A DNA stretch of 64,000 nucleotides from Phoronis australis (Eukaryota > Animalia > Phoronida), in contig NMRA01000791.1 of assembly GCA_002633005.1 (NCBI GenBank), forward strand, positions 69,881-133,880, given 5' to 3'. Within the stretch, counting starts at the first letter, position 1, and each line of letters begins with the position of its first letter. The notes under the pieces are model-generated. The model made no database searches, was not told the origin of the DNA, and saw only the letters and a list, made by a program, of their open reading frames with translations. A program made the position numbers and the translations under genes. Positions 1-13,300 of the stretch are shown piece by piece.

Positions 1-206
1 GAGGTCCACTTAACCATGTCCAGTAGTGGCTTGGCCTCGTCGAACTCTGAACAGCACAAGCATTCCATTGAGGTAGGCATAACAACGCACACAGTGCATT
101 TGCACCAAGATGTGTCACCACGTCTGTCCTCAGTAGCCGCCTCGTTTCTCTCAACAGCTGGCTGTGCCTGTGCGTACTCTGCCTCGTTATACTCGGGCTC
201 AAACAT
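1..206 (-). CDS. KolX / P2X7 cytoplasmic-ballast-like Cys-rich protein fragment (Kolobok accessory gene), partial
   Basis: Manual translation MFEPEYNEAEYAQAQPAVERNEAATEDRRGDTSWCKCTVCVVMPTSMECLCCSEFDEAKPLLD fits the pattern YMFEP...WCxCxxCxxMPTxxECxCCxE. An acidic in-frame extension runs upstream to about 317. Confidence 0.7.
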   Translation of the reverse strand, partial: MFEPEYNEAEYAQAQPAVERNEAATEDRRGDTSWCKCTVCVVMPTSMECLCCSEFDEAKPLLDMVKWT

Positions 207-639
207 GTACCCACCCACTGAATGTCCGTGAAAAAATTCCTCGTCATCACTGCTGTGAACAAGGTCTCCGTCACTCACACTACTGTCACTGTGATACGGG
301 TCCCCGACTCCAGCCAGTTTCAGCTTACAATCCCTAAATCCAACGTAGTTGAGTTCTCTACTAACCTATCTTGCCGCACAATACTCGCCGATGGAAAGTA
401 GTGGCGACAATTGTTGAAAAACAGCACAAAACAAAAGTATAATAGAACAGATTCGCACGGTAAAGTCAACGCAAAACCAAGTGACGGGAAACGCTTGCAT
501 CCTAAAACGTCACTTCCGGAGTAGCGGACGAGTAATTTATAAAATTACGAAAAGCTGTAATTAAGTGGAAAATATGTCTAGGATAACCAACCAACCTTAT
601 TTTAGCTCAAAATGACATGGAAAAAGGTTGCCTTCGCCT
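1..639 (-). mobile_element. Kolobok-type DNA transposon end (runs off the left edge), inserted in an intron of astacin copy A
   Basis: Minus-strand terminus reads TTAA|AGGCGAAGGCAACC (TTAA at 640-643). The paralogous intron of copy B has a single TTAA (34814-34817) the same 19 nt before the ShK exon, i.e. the empty site. Carries a KolX-like ORF. Confidence 0.75.
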
Positions 640-662
640 TTAATGCATATTCTAAATTGTAG

Positions 663-782
663 ACGTAGAGTGTTCGAACATCCACGACACTGCGGCGTGT
701 GAGAGATGGGCTGCAAGAGGGGAGTGTGTCAAAAACCCCCGATGGATGTTACCGAATTGTGCACTGGCGTGCGAGGAATGCG
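663..782 (+). CDS. Copy A exon: ShK toxin-like domain
   Basis: [40 protein letters not shown]; 6-Cys ShKT pattern; phase 1-1. Confidence 0.9.
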
Positions 783-3567
783 GTCAGTGCTTGGTCAAGT
801 ATTCACTGCGACACTATTAGGAGAGATTATGCGAAAAATAATACCTTCAGTCAAATGGATAGAAGGAATTGTTACAAAATATTCTAATAATTGTGCGTAG
901 ATTTATTAAGCCACTTCAGTACATGCATGTGGCGTCGGGTTGAGAATGCGACATCAGTTGAAAATGCACGTGTCTTGGCTTTTTCAATTCTGAACCCTGT
1001 TTCAGTCAATTGAAAACACACAAGAAAACAGTTATGCCCGATATCCCGGTGTAAGAGAGTCACACGTTTGCGTTCTGTAGATCGCTTTTCTAGCGAGGAA
1101 AATGATGTCACGCAAGAGTTCTAGAGATATCGTTCGTCTAAGGAACGTCTGCCTGATGATGTATGCAGTAAGGCCGTTCTGTAATTGCATAGCACCACTT
1201 CCATTCTAAGGTATTTACCCACAATGAGCTCCTGCTTTTTCACATGCAAGTGTACTGAAAGTCAGTATCTCATACCCAAATAATGTAAGGAATTCATCTC
1301 TGATGCTGTCACCGAGAAATTGGCAAAAATGGGAAACATCAGTGCTGGGTGTGTCCTCCTCAACTCTAGTGCTCGTCAGTGCATTTTTCTATCTCCGAAA
1401 ATAAGGAAACTTCAGTTCAAGACCCGTGTCTTGATAACCTGCCATGCGTTTTCATTGGAAAGAGAAAAAAAAAACAAACCCAGCTAGAGAACGAACGCTT
1501 TGTGGCCAAACAAGTTCAGGATTCGTAATTGGAATTACATATGTACATTAAAATTGATCCGAAATCAAAAATTGTATTTTTAAAAGTGAGAACATCTTCT
1601 TTTAAGGTACAGGTACGAGACCTCAGCCAACGACACCTGCAAGGGCGACGACGATAGTGCCAAGCACTGCTCCCCCCTCTGGAGGTAATGTTCAAAGTAC
1701 GCCATGGCCGAGTAAAATGACATAGTGCCCAGAGTGAGCCAATTTCTGAGTTTTGAAACTTAAAATGTTAGCTATTCATTACTTTTGTAGAGTTTATATG
1801 CTTCTAAAGTTTCCTTGTCACTTCCAATTAATGACTTGTAATACATTGTAAATACATGTAAATCGGTACCTAGAGAAACATCCAAATTTTAATACCTTCA
1901 GAAAGTCATATCTCAGAAATGGATTCTAATGAAACTTACAAATACTATAACTTACTTACAGCTCTCGTATGGTAGGTTATCAAAAATAGGAGGCCTTTTA
2001 CGATTTGCATAAACCGGAAACCAAATAATATTTCAGAAAATGGTGATAGCGTTTGAAGATTTCCTCTTGAACATTTATATCAAGCGACAATTGGCCACGC
2101 TATTGATACGTTGTTTTGCTATGAATATAACTTTCTATTTTGTCAAAAATAAGTAAAAGGTCTGGTCACATGACCCGTTTAATGACAATTGTTACGAGGT
2201 CAAATGTAAATCCTACAGGCTTTTTATTTCAGGAAATATATTATTTTACTGAAGTTAGAATCTGCACTATTGTAGGTGTTTTGGCTGAATGGACAGACTT
2301 GTCGATAAGGTCATAATCCTAACTGGGTTGCACTAATGTGGAGAAGCCAAACAAAACTACTTTCCACTTCGAAGTATAACTTGGTTGTCAGCGTGTACTG
2401 AACATGTATTGCCTTTGTCTTTCTCTTATTATTTATTCTTTGGGCAGCTTGTAATACTCCTCTGATGCAGACCGGAGTTGTGCCGGACCACAAAATGTGG
2501 GTATCTGGTCACATCGGACAATGCCCTAGGTCACATGCCATACTGAACAGTCAAAAGACCGTCAATGGATCACCCCCGTGTTACGCGTGGTGTACGATGT
2601 CTCTTGCCGATCCATGGATACATGTGAAATTTGACATCAGGTGAATGGATGGATATGGAATAAATATTTCAACGGACACCTTTTCGTTAAATGAAGTAAC
2701 CAAATCCAGCATTTGATTACTATTGTGCAACCAAGTCATGACGTTTGTTATCAAAATGAAGCGCAACTAAAATCAGGTTAGACTTCATTTTTACACGTAC
2801 ATGTACACGGTCAGTTCACCGACATGTCAGAAGGAACGTTGATTAACTCCAAGGAGCAAGTTGAGTTCTGGTAATGGATTAAATATTGGACAGCCTTGTA
2901 ACCTTTTTCACGTGCGAAGGTAGATATTTTAGAGATTAGCGGAACAAAATTTCTTCATATTTTAGATACCGAATTACAGCTGTCGAAGTTCAGGGACGCG
3001 GTGATGAGAATTATCACATAAATACCTTCGAACTTAAGTACAGCAACAATGGACGCTACTGGAGTTTCTACCATGATAGGACGAGGAATTCACTAGTAAG
3101 ATCACAACATTTGTTCATATCTGGTGTGTAAATCAACAAAACGGAATGAAGGATTGACCACTCTCTTGGACTATCAATTCTGTGCATTGTTTGTGTACTA
3201 AAGTGAATCGAGTCACGACATGCAGAGGTGTAGTCAGTCAGACAGATTTTTTGAGATCCGTGGGTGGACATAATTCAGACAATTCCACACGAATCGACTT
3301 GTAATAATGTTAGTCGCGTGATATTCGGGAAAGTCCCGTCTGTACGCACACGCTACTTTGCAAAATCTTACCAGATATATTAGTTATAATATGGAACTCT
3401 AATATCGAAATAATTTTTTGTAGTCACTACTGGCCGGTCAAGGGAGTGTCCGGACAACACTGGACCCTCCTCTGGAAACCTTATATGTGAAAATTGTTCC
3501 CAAGACTTGGACGCCTCAGCAAATCGCCTGTCTCCGTTTTGAGCTCTACGGATGCCCAATCGAATAA
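663..3567 (+). CDS. Astacin mosaic protease, tandem copy A, 3' part (5 exons: ShK, P/T linker, F5/8C)
   Basis: Exons 663-782, 1607-1684, 2448-2640, 2966-3095, 3424-3567 (TAA). All are AG/GT bounded, phase-compatible and the same length as copy B exons 18-22. Confidence 0.9.
1607..1684 (+). CDS. Copy A exon: Pro/Thr linker
   Basis: [26 protein letters not shown]; 78 nt; matches 35861-35938. Confidence 0.8.
2448..2640 (+). CDS. Copy A exon: F5/8 type C (discoidin) part 1
   Basis: [36 protein letters not shown]...[20 protein letters not shown]. Confidence 0.88.
2966..3095 (+). CDS. Copy A exon: F5/8C part 2
   Basis: [36 protein letters not shown] matches the ITxVxxQGR...FxLxYSxxGxxW signature. 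Confidence 0.9.
3424..3567 (+). CDS. Copy A terminal exon: F5/8C part 3 plus stop
   Basis: [47 protein letters not shown]; LRxELYGC signature. Confidence 0.9.
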   Translation, partial: SLLAGQGSVRTTLDPPLETLYVKIVPKTWTPQQIACLRFELYGCPIE

Positions 3568-3920
3568 CTGTTATACTACCGGTGACAGAACCCGGTGACA
3601 TTATGGCTAGACCATTGTTCCTTGCCTGTTTTCGGGAACACCTTCGTAAGTGTTGGCCAATGGTTCAAGCTGGCCTTGTTATGAGTACATCTATGTCTCT
3701 GGTTTTTCTAAGTAGACTTTTCATCTGTAGACATTTTGTCTGAGAATTTTACAATTGCATTGTCTAAGTGGACGTCACTTTGTGAATACACCTTGGACTC
3801 ATTCCAGAATATAACTGATCTTTTATGTTTTGCTCTTTACGATTAGCACATTACGCCAAAATTAAACGTTTTAAACCGACTACTTTTAAAACCTACATCA
3901 AAGAACATGAAGGTGTTGTC

Positions 3921-3926
3921 AATAAA
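3921..3926 (+). terminator. Candidate polyadenylation signal of copy A
   Basis: AATAAA about 350 nt after the stop; the aligned position in copy B reads AATGAA. Confidence 0.3.
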
Positions 3927-4104
3927 GAAATGTGTTAGCCTATGTTTTGGCAACAGGCAAAGAGTTACTAACGATAAACAATTGCTCAGAAGATTTTCCA
4001 AAATGGTTGTTTTAGACCTGTCCACAAAACGAATGCAAAAAAGCTGAGTTTGTTACCCGTTGCCTGTCCAATTACATGTAGTCATATGCGTGAATTGTAA
4101 GATC

Positions 4105-6690
4105 CAAGACGGTTCCCTACAGGGGGCGAATGGGAAAGTCAAGAACGGGCCAACCATAGACATCACATAGACCGGGCTTAGCGCAACTGCGGCTGACAAC
4201 TTTAGGCCATATTGAAGAGTGCTACAAGTCACGTGAGAACGGGGCAAATTGCCTTTTCAATGCGCGATATCGCAACACATAAAGAGGTGGAAGCGTGTGA
4301 TTGTTTCCAGAAACATAAAAACATATACTGCAACATTTACATGCGTTTTTTAAGAGTCAATCAGTCGATAGGGAAATATCAATCTAATAGAAGATCGCAA
4401 CCAGTGGCAGATTCTGGAGTGGCCTGAGCGGCTACACGCTTGTCAAACCAGTGCAAGCGTTTCATTTTTCGTTTTTTCAAGAGAAACCAGTAAGGTCGCG
4501 AAAATTTATCATTTAAATCGTGTCGCTCGATGCAAATCCAGTACATGTATAGTCAGGAGACGTGTTGCTCACTCATGCTTTCGTGGTACCCTAATAAGCC
4601 GGCCTTTTCAGTATTGAAAAACGACCCCGCCCGTAACTTTATAAAATTAAAATGTGAAATGGGTCGCTTTAAAAAGGGTTTAAATGTATGTGAACTACTG
4701 CCAAAAATGAACTCATTAGCGTCATATAAATAAATGACAGGATTTTAACGTTCATTGGTGCGTTCTCCCGTTCAGTAACTTTACCAGACGTACAACGGTT
4801 GTGAGCGTCTGATAATATCTAGCTCCTTTGTTAACTGCCGAGTACATTTTTTGTTTGGTATGACAGCATGCAGATCAATTATCTACTAGGCTTATTTCCG
4901 ATCACATGTCAGACATTCGCACCCCCAAACTGCCAAATGGAATTTGGGAGAACTTTTAGGGGGGAGTATGGCCTCTAAATCCCCCACTGGTATTCGTTGA
5001 GGAATTCAAAAAGTTGTTGATTTATGTTCAAACATTTTATAACTTAACTTTTTTTTAACAGCACAGCCCAATCAGGTTACGATCTTGTCGGAGATTAGGG
5101 CAACTATTGAACAAAGAAGAGATGACCCTCCAACCCATGCGCACACCCAGGGGGGCTTGGGGGCTCGAAGGAGCATCCCGATTTGGCGAAGTGGGCAAAA
5201 AGGTCCGCTCCAGACAAACAATAAGTCCGAGAGAACGAGATAAAATTCCACTAAAAAGATGCAAACGCACATTTCACAGCACGTAAAGCTCCGATCGTGG
5301 TACTGTTTTCTTTGTTTCCTTTTTAGCCAACTGACTATTTTGTTAGTAAAACTTCCACACCGCCAGCAATTCGAGCCTTCCATATTGAAGGCTGGGTGCG
5401 CGCATGCAACCCTAATTGATTGCCAGAATGGACTTAATCAGTCGTCAGTGTAGGATATTGGCTACAGCCATCATCCGCCCAACTTAATTGTGCTACAACC
5501 TATCAAAACGGGAGAGCGCTGTAATTTAAACAGCAAAGAATACAGACCAGTTCCTTTCCTTTACATTGCTGGGGATTGCTAACGTACAAGTATTCCTCTC
5601 TCACGGCTCTGAATTCCCCCCATCGAGCACCAGCCACTTTTTGGCGTTTTGTAGTATCCCCACACCGTGTAATTATGTGCTCACAAAAAGATCAGTCCAG
5701 CTCCCACACATTATCTCGAACCTTTCCTATCCATCCGCGCCTTAATCTGACATATGTACCGTGCGTCTCTCAGCCGAGAACGTTAAAATAAATTCTGCTC
5801 TTACGCAAGCTTGGCCATCTCACGGTAGGACGATTCTTAACATGTGGCCAAGTATTTTGGATTAGTCTTCTTGTAGTTCAGTAGTCAGATATTATACCGT
5901 GCAGGAGCAGTGTAAAAATGCCAGTTGCCAATTTGGGCAACTGGACGACTCGAAAGGACTGTTAAAAAAGTGATTGTTTTCGCTCCAGCTCAGCTCCCTC
6001 ACATCACATTCCTGGTCTGCACACCGCTCAGTACTTTCAGTCCTTACTTGCAGCATACTGTATATTGAAAAAACAAAATTTTCCTTGCTGCGCCACTCAG
6101 GTCACCCACAGACCTGAACATCCGCGTATCGAACATTGTTGAAAGATCGCCGATTGCGGGTATCACTGTCTGCTTAATCCAACCTCCTGTTGCGGGGGAA
6201 ACGGTGAATAACGACTGGACAGGTTTTCACGGACGTGAGGTCATTTTGTCAAATCGCAAAGCCGACGATATGCCGGTGACAATACGCCACACTTTCCCAA
6301 TTAAGAGTGTTTTTTAAAAGTTTGATCGAAATCCCTTGAAAATTAAGGAGTTGCCCACAGAAGACCGATATTCTGTGCAATGAGACACGGCTCGAGCGAC
6401 ACATTCCATTAGTGAGGCAACTTTGGCTTCGGCGGAGAAGGGACAAACGGACATGCAGCACGAGTTAATGACACCTACCATTGACATATACCGTCTTCCT
6501 CTTCAACGGGCGACACAGGGACACACACGCACACACATACGGAATGACACCTACCATTAATATATAAGGCACGTACAGGGAGCGTCCGCCCACAAACTGC
6601 CTGTCATTAGTATTTTTCATTTCTCCTCCCGTCTAACAGACGGGAACATTAAGGGACGCACGAACCTGAAGACGGAATGACAGCTATCGT
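4105..6690 (+). repeat. Intergenic block duplicated at about 49250-53942
   Basis: Collinear similarity, e.g. ggttccctac..gggaaagtcaagaacg through gaagacggaatgacagctatcgt. The second copy is interrupted by an Academ derivative. Confidence 0.85.
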
Positions 6691-7124
6691 CATTGCTTTC
6701 CATTTACCATTGTCGGGAACACGGCACAGAAAACTGGAAATCGATTGGTCGTCACCCAGCGTTATTATATCCCCTTCGGCCCACACCTTCGGCAGGTGAT
6801 AACAAAGAACAACAACTAAAATGCTAATCAGATTTATGAATGAATGATTATTGTAGCATCTATTCACTTATAACGATGCCAAATATAACTGTTAACGAGT
6901 CATCGTCGACAACCCTTTTCACCACCTGTGCACAGTCCAATTCCGTGATTTTGGCTGATTTGAATTTTCAATGAACATCGATATTGCCGTCAGATTTAAT
7001 TTCTGTGTCTCTTATATGATCGATCTTGGCAGCGACAGCAGTTGAATTGATTGCTTTATGGTATGTTCAATAGCTTCATGTGTTTTGTGACTGTGACGAG
7101 ATGTCTTTCACAAAAGCCAAGGCA

Positions 7125-7131
7125 TATAAAA
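7125..7131 (+). promoter_or_regulatory. Candidate TATA box of astacin copy B
   Basis: TATAAAA about 175 nt upstream of the signal-peptide ATG (7303). Confidence 0.35.
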
Positions 7132-7302
7132 GTCCCCAGAACAAATCCTGTTTTTCGTGCTAATGCCCGCACCAATTATACGAGCGAATCAAATATCCTG
7201 ACGTAGTAATAAACAACTTAATCAGAAACAGACCCGCACTCGAACTGCCTTCTGGTCCAGGGTCACTGTTTAGATCTCAGTCAGTTAACTTGAAAATCCA
7301 GG

Positions 7303-7371
7303 ATGTCGTGGAAGGTGTTTTTGGTTGCTGGGTTACTGCACATTTGCAGTTCTGTAGAACTTTACGAAGAC
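7303..7371 (+). CDS. Copy B exon 1: signal peptide
   Basis: [23 protein letters not shown]|GTAAGT; phase 0 joins exon 2. Confidence 0.8.
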
Positions 7372-10300
7372 GTAAGTACCATAAAATTCTATGTGCACGT
7401 CGTTTTTGATCCCCGAATGCAATGGTAGTGCAAGAGGCTCAAGAGATTTGCAGCAATTTGCAGAATGTTAGGTTAGCAAGCCAGAGTCACTGACTCGGTG
7501 ATTATCAGGACTGATGTTTTGTTCAGGACAAATAATGACACAGCTGTAACGCCGATGTTCACAGGTTATGGATGCAAGCAAGTTGTTACTATTATAGTCG
7601 AGCTTTAGTTGGTTTTAAAGTTTCCCGTTTCTTGTGGTGTGGAGTCGCATAACCACAAATGAATCTTAATTGGGTAACTGTTTGCAGACTTCCAGCTGAA
7701 CTTTCGACCAATTTTGTCCCTGTCTTGTTTTTGCAGTTGTATTGTTTCGTGATCTTGGGCGTCATACTTGTCTATCACAGGGACGGATCCAGGATTTTGA
7801 GTTATGTGGGCAGGGCAGGGTATTAGCCAGGATTTTGCCCGTCAGACATTCGCAACCCCGAACTGCCAAATGGAATCTGGGAGAGCTTTTGGGTGGCATG
7901 GCCCTCTTGGCCTACCTCTAAACCCGCAACTGAATCAGGCAAATAGGAGTCCATGCATGCTTATTTAGGCAGTGAACACCTCAGCCATTGCTCAGGAAGT
8001 GAAATTCCAACACAGTGTCGCGAAAAGTTTACAATAGTTGCGTTGATGGTTGACTTAAGGAACAAGATCACTGGTAAGAATTCACACAGAGGTGATTAAA
8101 CTTTAAAAGAAATTATTTTTTAACGTTTTAGATCCGCTTTAATACAAACATACTATTTTACGAGGCTTCACACAGATTTAAGTATTTGCAACAAACATAT
8201 CTATTGTCAATCATTAACAACCACTTTGCAAATTAAGACGGTCTTGCGTTCATGACTAATAAACTTTAAGAAGAAGTCTGTGACTTGACCTGTATTTGAC
8301 AGAGTGCGACCAACATAAACAAATGCTTTACACGTTGAGACCTGCATTTAGCTCGTGCAGAGGTGAATATCCTAATTTCTCAAGAACTTAACACTTACAC
8401 TCCGCTGATGTCACGACCAAGTTGCGTAATTGACACGTAGAGCAAGTGGTACAGCGACAGCGAATAGATAACTACAAGATCATCCTGGACGGAAAGGCAG
8501 TAGGATCCAACAAACTAAAATGGTGTGCAGCTCGACAATCCGACGGGATCCTTGCGCAAACATCATTAACATATTTTTATCATTTAATTGTAAATTCTCC
8601 CAGCTTACCGTAGCAAGGTTCCTGTTCGTGTTCCCCGGTTCTGCTCGTTTGCTATAGTCTATCACAATGCCACTGCCTTCGCTCTTGTGCAACGTTCGTT
8701 CATTCATTTTGTCTTTGTTTCGTGATGACAAAAATTGTCCAACACCGCTAGTTACATGTAAAATCACAAGTGACGGTGCTGTTGTCGAAAGGCGATGGTA
8801 ATGAATAAGTATAGCCTAAGCACGCGCCCAGCGGAGTTCAAACTGAGATCACAATTGGTATTTTAATGACAATTATGTCTGATTTTTTCGAATCGCCAGG
8901 AATTAGTAGTATGCACTACAGCGCAAGCTTTAACTCTTTCCGGCAGTCCTCCACGGGAATGGAATATGAAATATTCTGCATTGGGAGTGCAAAAACTGAA
9001 CACGTTTGCTTACACTGTATCAGATTTTGTTTCCTAATCGAACACGGTCGAAATGCAACAGCGCAAAATTATGTTATTCAACCTAAATGATCGAATGTAT
9101 AATGCCACGCATAAAATTATCATGTTAATCGTCTCCACCGGGACCGAAAAATAAGACGTTCATACTTATGTTTATTTCGTAATTGAAATTTTTTCTGATT
9201 CCAAACGTCACTAAAAAGCATTTGCAGCACGTGGGAGCACTCGCACGACATACACCCTCTTAGAATGTATCGCGTGATTACGAGCAGGAACATGTCTGCT
9301 TGCAACAAGGGCTAATGTCCAAGTGTATGACATGACAGCCTGTTATGGCCTTTCAGCGGACGTAGACTCGTACTACAGACTTCTCCGCCAGCACTTGCGA
9401 CAACGTCATATCATAAAAATTAAAATTAAAACAATAAAGCGTGCACCTTGCGTCAATTTCCGTAAGAATCTCGGACGATAAACATTATTCTATCTTGCCA
9501 AATAGGTTGTTTTTTAATTCACTTTAATTGTTACGTAGGAATGGATTGCGCACACCAATATACGTTTGCAAACTCCTGGAGTACCCTTAGACCATGCTGA
9601 GACCGCGGCCATCAGTGACTATTTTTTGATTTGATGTACAAGTTAGCAGTCTGCTGTGACCCAAGTAAACCAACCTCCACTCACATGCTGTTGTTCTACA
9701 ATTTCCAGGGGTCACTGCAGTGTTCCCGGCAATAACCGCAAAATAAGATATACATATTTGCATTTTCAGTCAACTTTGTTGCGTTTATGTGCAAAGATGT
9801 ACTTGACTAGGTTTTCATTGCCCAACGATTTGTTCTTACCATAGTCTTTTTAAGGCATCAAACGTGAGTGCGCTATTGTTCAATGAAGTCTATGTGCCTC
9901 CTATTGACAGGAGAGTATAGTTAAGATGTATTTGCATGTTCCTGACTATGCTAACAATGTCTAGCAGGAATTAAACAACAATGCCAGTAGAACATCATCT
10001 ACGCTAAACAAAGTGCAGTTGAATTCATTCAGAACTTGTAAATCTGAAAACAAAAAATCTGCAACAAAGTGACCTTTGCACTAATGACTGGAAGTACCAT
10101 GTGTGCTCACATAACCCGCATCATGCAGTGTTTTTCCCAACACCACGTAGTCACGATACCTACTGGACGCGGTTGAGTGATTTACGGCTGATCTCATTCA
10201 ATACAAAATTTGTTCTTAAAACATTTGGCAATTTTCAGCGTACATGTACGTCATATTCACAATGCCGCTATATGTTGAGTTGCTAATTGTTTTGATCAAG

Positions 10301-13300
10301 CAATCACAGAGACGAGGAATTAGCGTGCAAGTTCCACGTTAAAGCGTTCCTACAATGGATGTTTGTACTTTTGAGGTTTAGACCGTGTATAATAATTTCA
10401 TAATGAAAAGTCTAACTAAACAAGCACTTTTTGGGGAAATAACTGAATTAAAAAAACTAAGGATTTTTGTTTTCCCGGTGCGTGATATCCTCAGCTATGG
10501 AAAGTTGACAGTATCTACATGTATGCAACGGCGGATTATAGTGATTTTTTAAGTTGCGAAGATTCAGAGAGCAATTTTGGCGAGTACTATGAAGACAGAG
10601 AGATACTGAGGGGTGAAGACAACACTCAGGCTATAGGTGAAATATCGGCAGACTTTGCGTGTCTGACTCCGTAAGAAATCTACCCTCCCGCCTTCAGCGA
10701 ATTAAACCGAGTTGGAGCTTACTCAGTCTGCGGACAGTCGTAACTTTAGAGTGGCAATTAAACCCTTTTAAAGGGTCATGGTTCAATTTTCAAACAACTT
10801 TTGTATCAAGTAATAAGTGTCTCGAACTGTAAATCTAAACGGAGTTTTTACGCTGACTGTCAAAGCCCAGCCCTGAATCGCGGACACTGATTTCTTTACT
10901 TCGAAAGCCGAAAGCGTTTGTCTGGAAAAATCATATCTCATAATAATGATGCTCACTGGAATTTACTTCTGGTAAATAACACTGTTTCCGCCTTGTCTGT
11001 TCCAAAATCGGGAAAAGCTTGGGACTGTGCTGATTCGTCGATTATTTCGGTTCAGCGTCCGATTCCACCCTCTTTGCCGGCTGCGGTGTCACCTCAAACT
11101 ATCTGCATGGAATTTACATCCCATTTTCTTCCATTGGACATTGACGTACATGTACATGTATACGTGGAATCCATGTATTCCCACAAAATCCTGAACGAAA
11201 ATAGACTGGTGGAAACTTAATGCAAGCACATTCATAATCTCAGTCACGATTTGATGTTGTCAATGTGTGCTTGAAAACTACAGTACGTTCCTAGCAATGG
11301 TACAACACAATACATGTTTTATGTATTACATACGTTGGAGATACCTTCATCAAATCACCGTCTCAGCTACGGTTGGAAGCGTGATTCCTAAAAATGGGCC
11401 GAGCCCAGTGTAGCCCCTGAACTGAACGCTTACTCCAAACTTTGCACTGTCATGCTTGCGTCCGACGTACGGACTCGCTTTGGCGACATCACAACGGCTC
11501 GCCGCTGGTGTCGAAAAAAACAAAAGCGGAGACCGGATACACTCATCAAGTAACACAGATATGTTTTTATTTTTGCATTTATTTTTTATTAAAAGTACAC
11601 ACAATCAAGGAGAATTACTTAAAATGTCATGGTGTGACGGATTTAAGAGATACATTACTAGCAAGGATTTCAACCTATTTAAATCACTTTTCATGTTCAA
11701 GCTAAATGACGGTGGGGAATTCATGCTCTCCGAGCGAAGCTTCAAGAACTTCATTCGCAGGAGCTACCGTGTGTACAAGCGAGGGATCTATGCTTCGCCG
11801 CCTATGTTTGACTTGGCGATACCTTCCGAGAGCGAGATGGGTTACGGTCACGTGACGTACGGAGAAGGCGGTGATGCAGGAGAAAGAGACAACTCGACAT
11901 ACACGTATCGTGGAGAACATGACCGAAAGAAGCGGGGGATAAGAGTTCCTAAATATCTCTGGACGGGAGCAAGGATTCCTTACACCTTCAGGCCATGTGA
12001 GTGATTTCCATTCTCGTTTCTTAATGTGTTGTACAAATAAGTTATATCGAAATATCGACAATTTTGTTATTTGTGTTGGAACAGCAATTTAATTTTCTTA
12101 TACTGTTTCGCCAATGTTTTTAATAAATCAGTTGATTGATACAAATCTTAATTCTATACTTTTAAACTGACATCGTAATTGGCGGCAATGAGGCATGAAT
12201 AAGGTGCACAAACTTGAATGGAAATACACACATTTAACTCGTTTTACAGTTATTTGGAGCCTTTTCATTAACATACTTCGATGTTGCTACAATATGCATT
12301 TTTCTTTTGCGTTGTTTTTGCAACCATGGGCTAACTGAATGACCTTCGACTTTCACGGCTGTTGAAAATAAGAAACTCGACCCGTTTCACTTCACTTTTC
12401 CAACTGTCGTCAAGAGGCTTGCTGTGGGGGTATGCAATTACCGCATTAGCGATGGCTTCACGGCAATAAAACACTGCCTAAATGATTGATATATAGTTGA
12501 CTAAAATTGGTGACATTTTAATTGCTTGGCGTCTGAAATTGAATTCCTCGTAAAATTATGTTGTACATTTCTATTATGTTTAACTCGACTTGCACGGCTG
12601 TCCAGCGCTTTGCTGTTTCTGACCAAAGCTAATAACTTCAATAAAACCACCATACTCCAAAAAAGCCCCATAATACATCTTCGTTCATAAAAATATCTTT
12701 TCCCTTTAAAATAGTTATTGCAGCTGCTACGAGCATTTACGAGGAAAAATGATTACTGGAATCTCGAGCTTGGTCAGTCTTTCGAAATGTGTGCATTCAG
12801 TTCAATCGCATGTAGTGGAAGTTGTAACTGGATGTTAAAATTATGATGTTACGGATTTTTTTGCTTTTGGGACTCAGTTAGCATTCACTCTCTGGGGATT
12901 TGTGTGAGATGTTTAGTTTTGCAATTGCTAATTTTCTGGAACGGGTGAAGTCCACTGGAGTTCTGAGGCCGTCAAATTGTTCAGTCTGGCTGCGGAAAGT
13001 ATGGCCTTGTTTGATGATAATTAAATTTAATGTGTAATTAAAAAGCTCACCGCCATGTATTGAAATTTAGACTTGATGAAATGTTCAAGTTTATAGACGT
13101 AAACTCTCGTTGACTTCGTGTTACCCGGCTTTGGAGCCCAAGAGCCGGCGAGTGCGTAATCCTCGTGGGCGCGGCCTCGGCTTTGTTCGCACCGAAAGTT
13201 GAACACTATTCACCATCGCCAAACAATTAGTGTGCCCGAAACTGAACCAAACTAATAATCGTGTTGTGCATTGATGACTTTACTCCTTTGGAATGGGCAG

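Noticed and set aside
11456-11701. N-terminal extension of ORF 11456-12004 as the true protein start
   Set aside because: No signal peptide, frame not conserved in copy C (stop near 58898), and a good acceptor at 11701 pairs with the signal exon at 7303.
10280-13010. Copy-B-specific extra segments (about 10280-11395 and 12155-13010) as named transposons
   Set aside because: Probably insertions, but I could not identify TIRs, TSDs or coding remnants.
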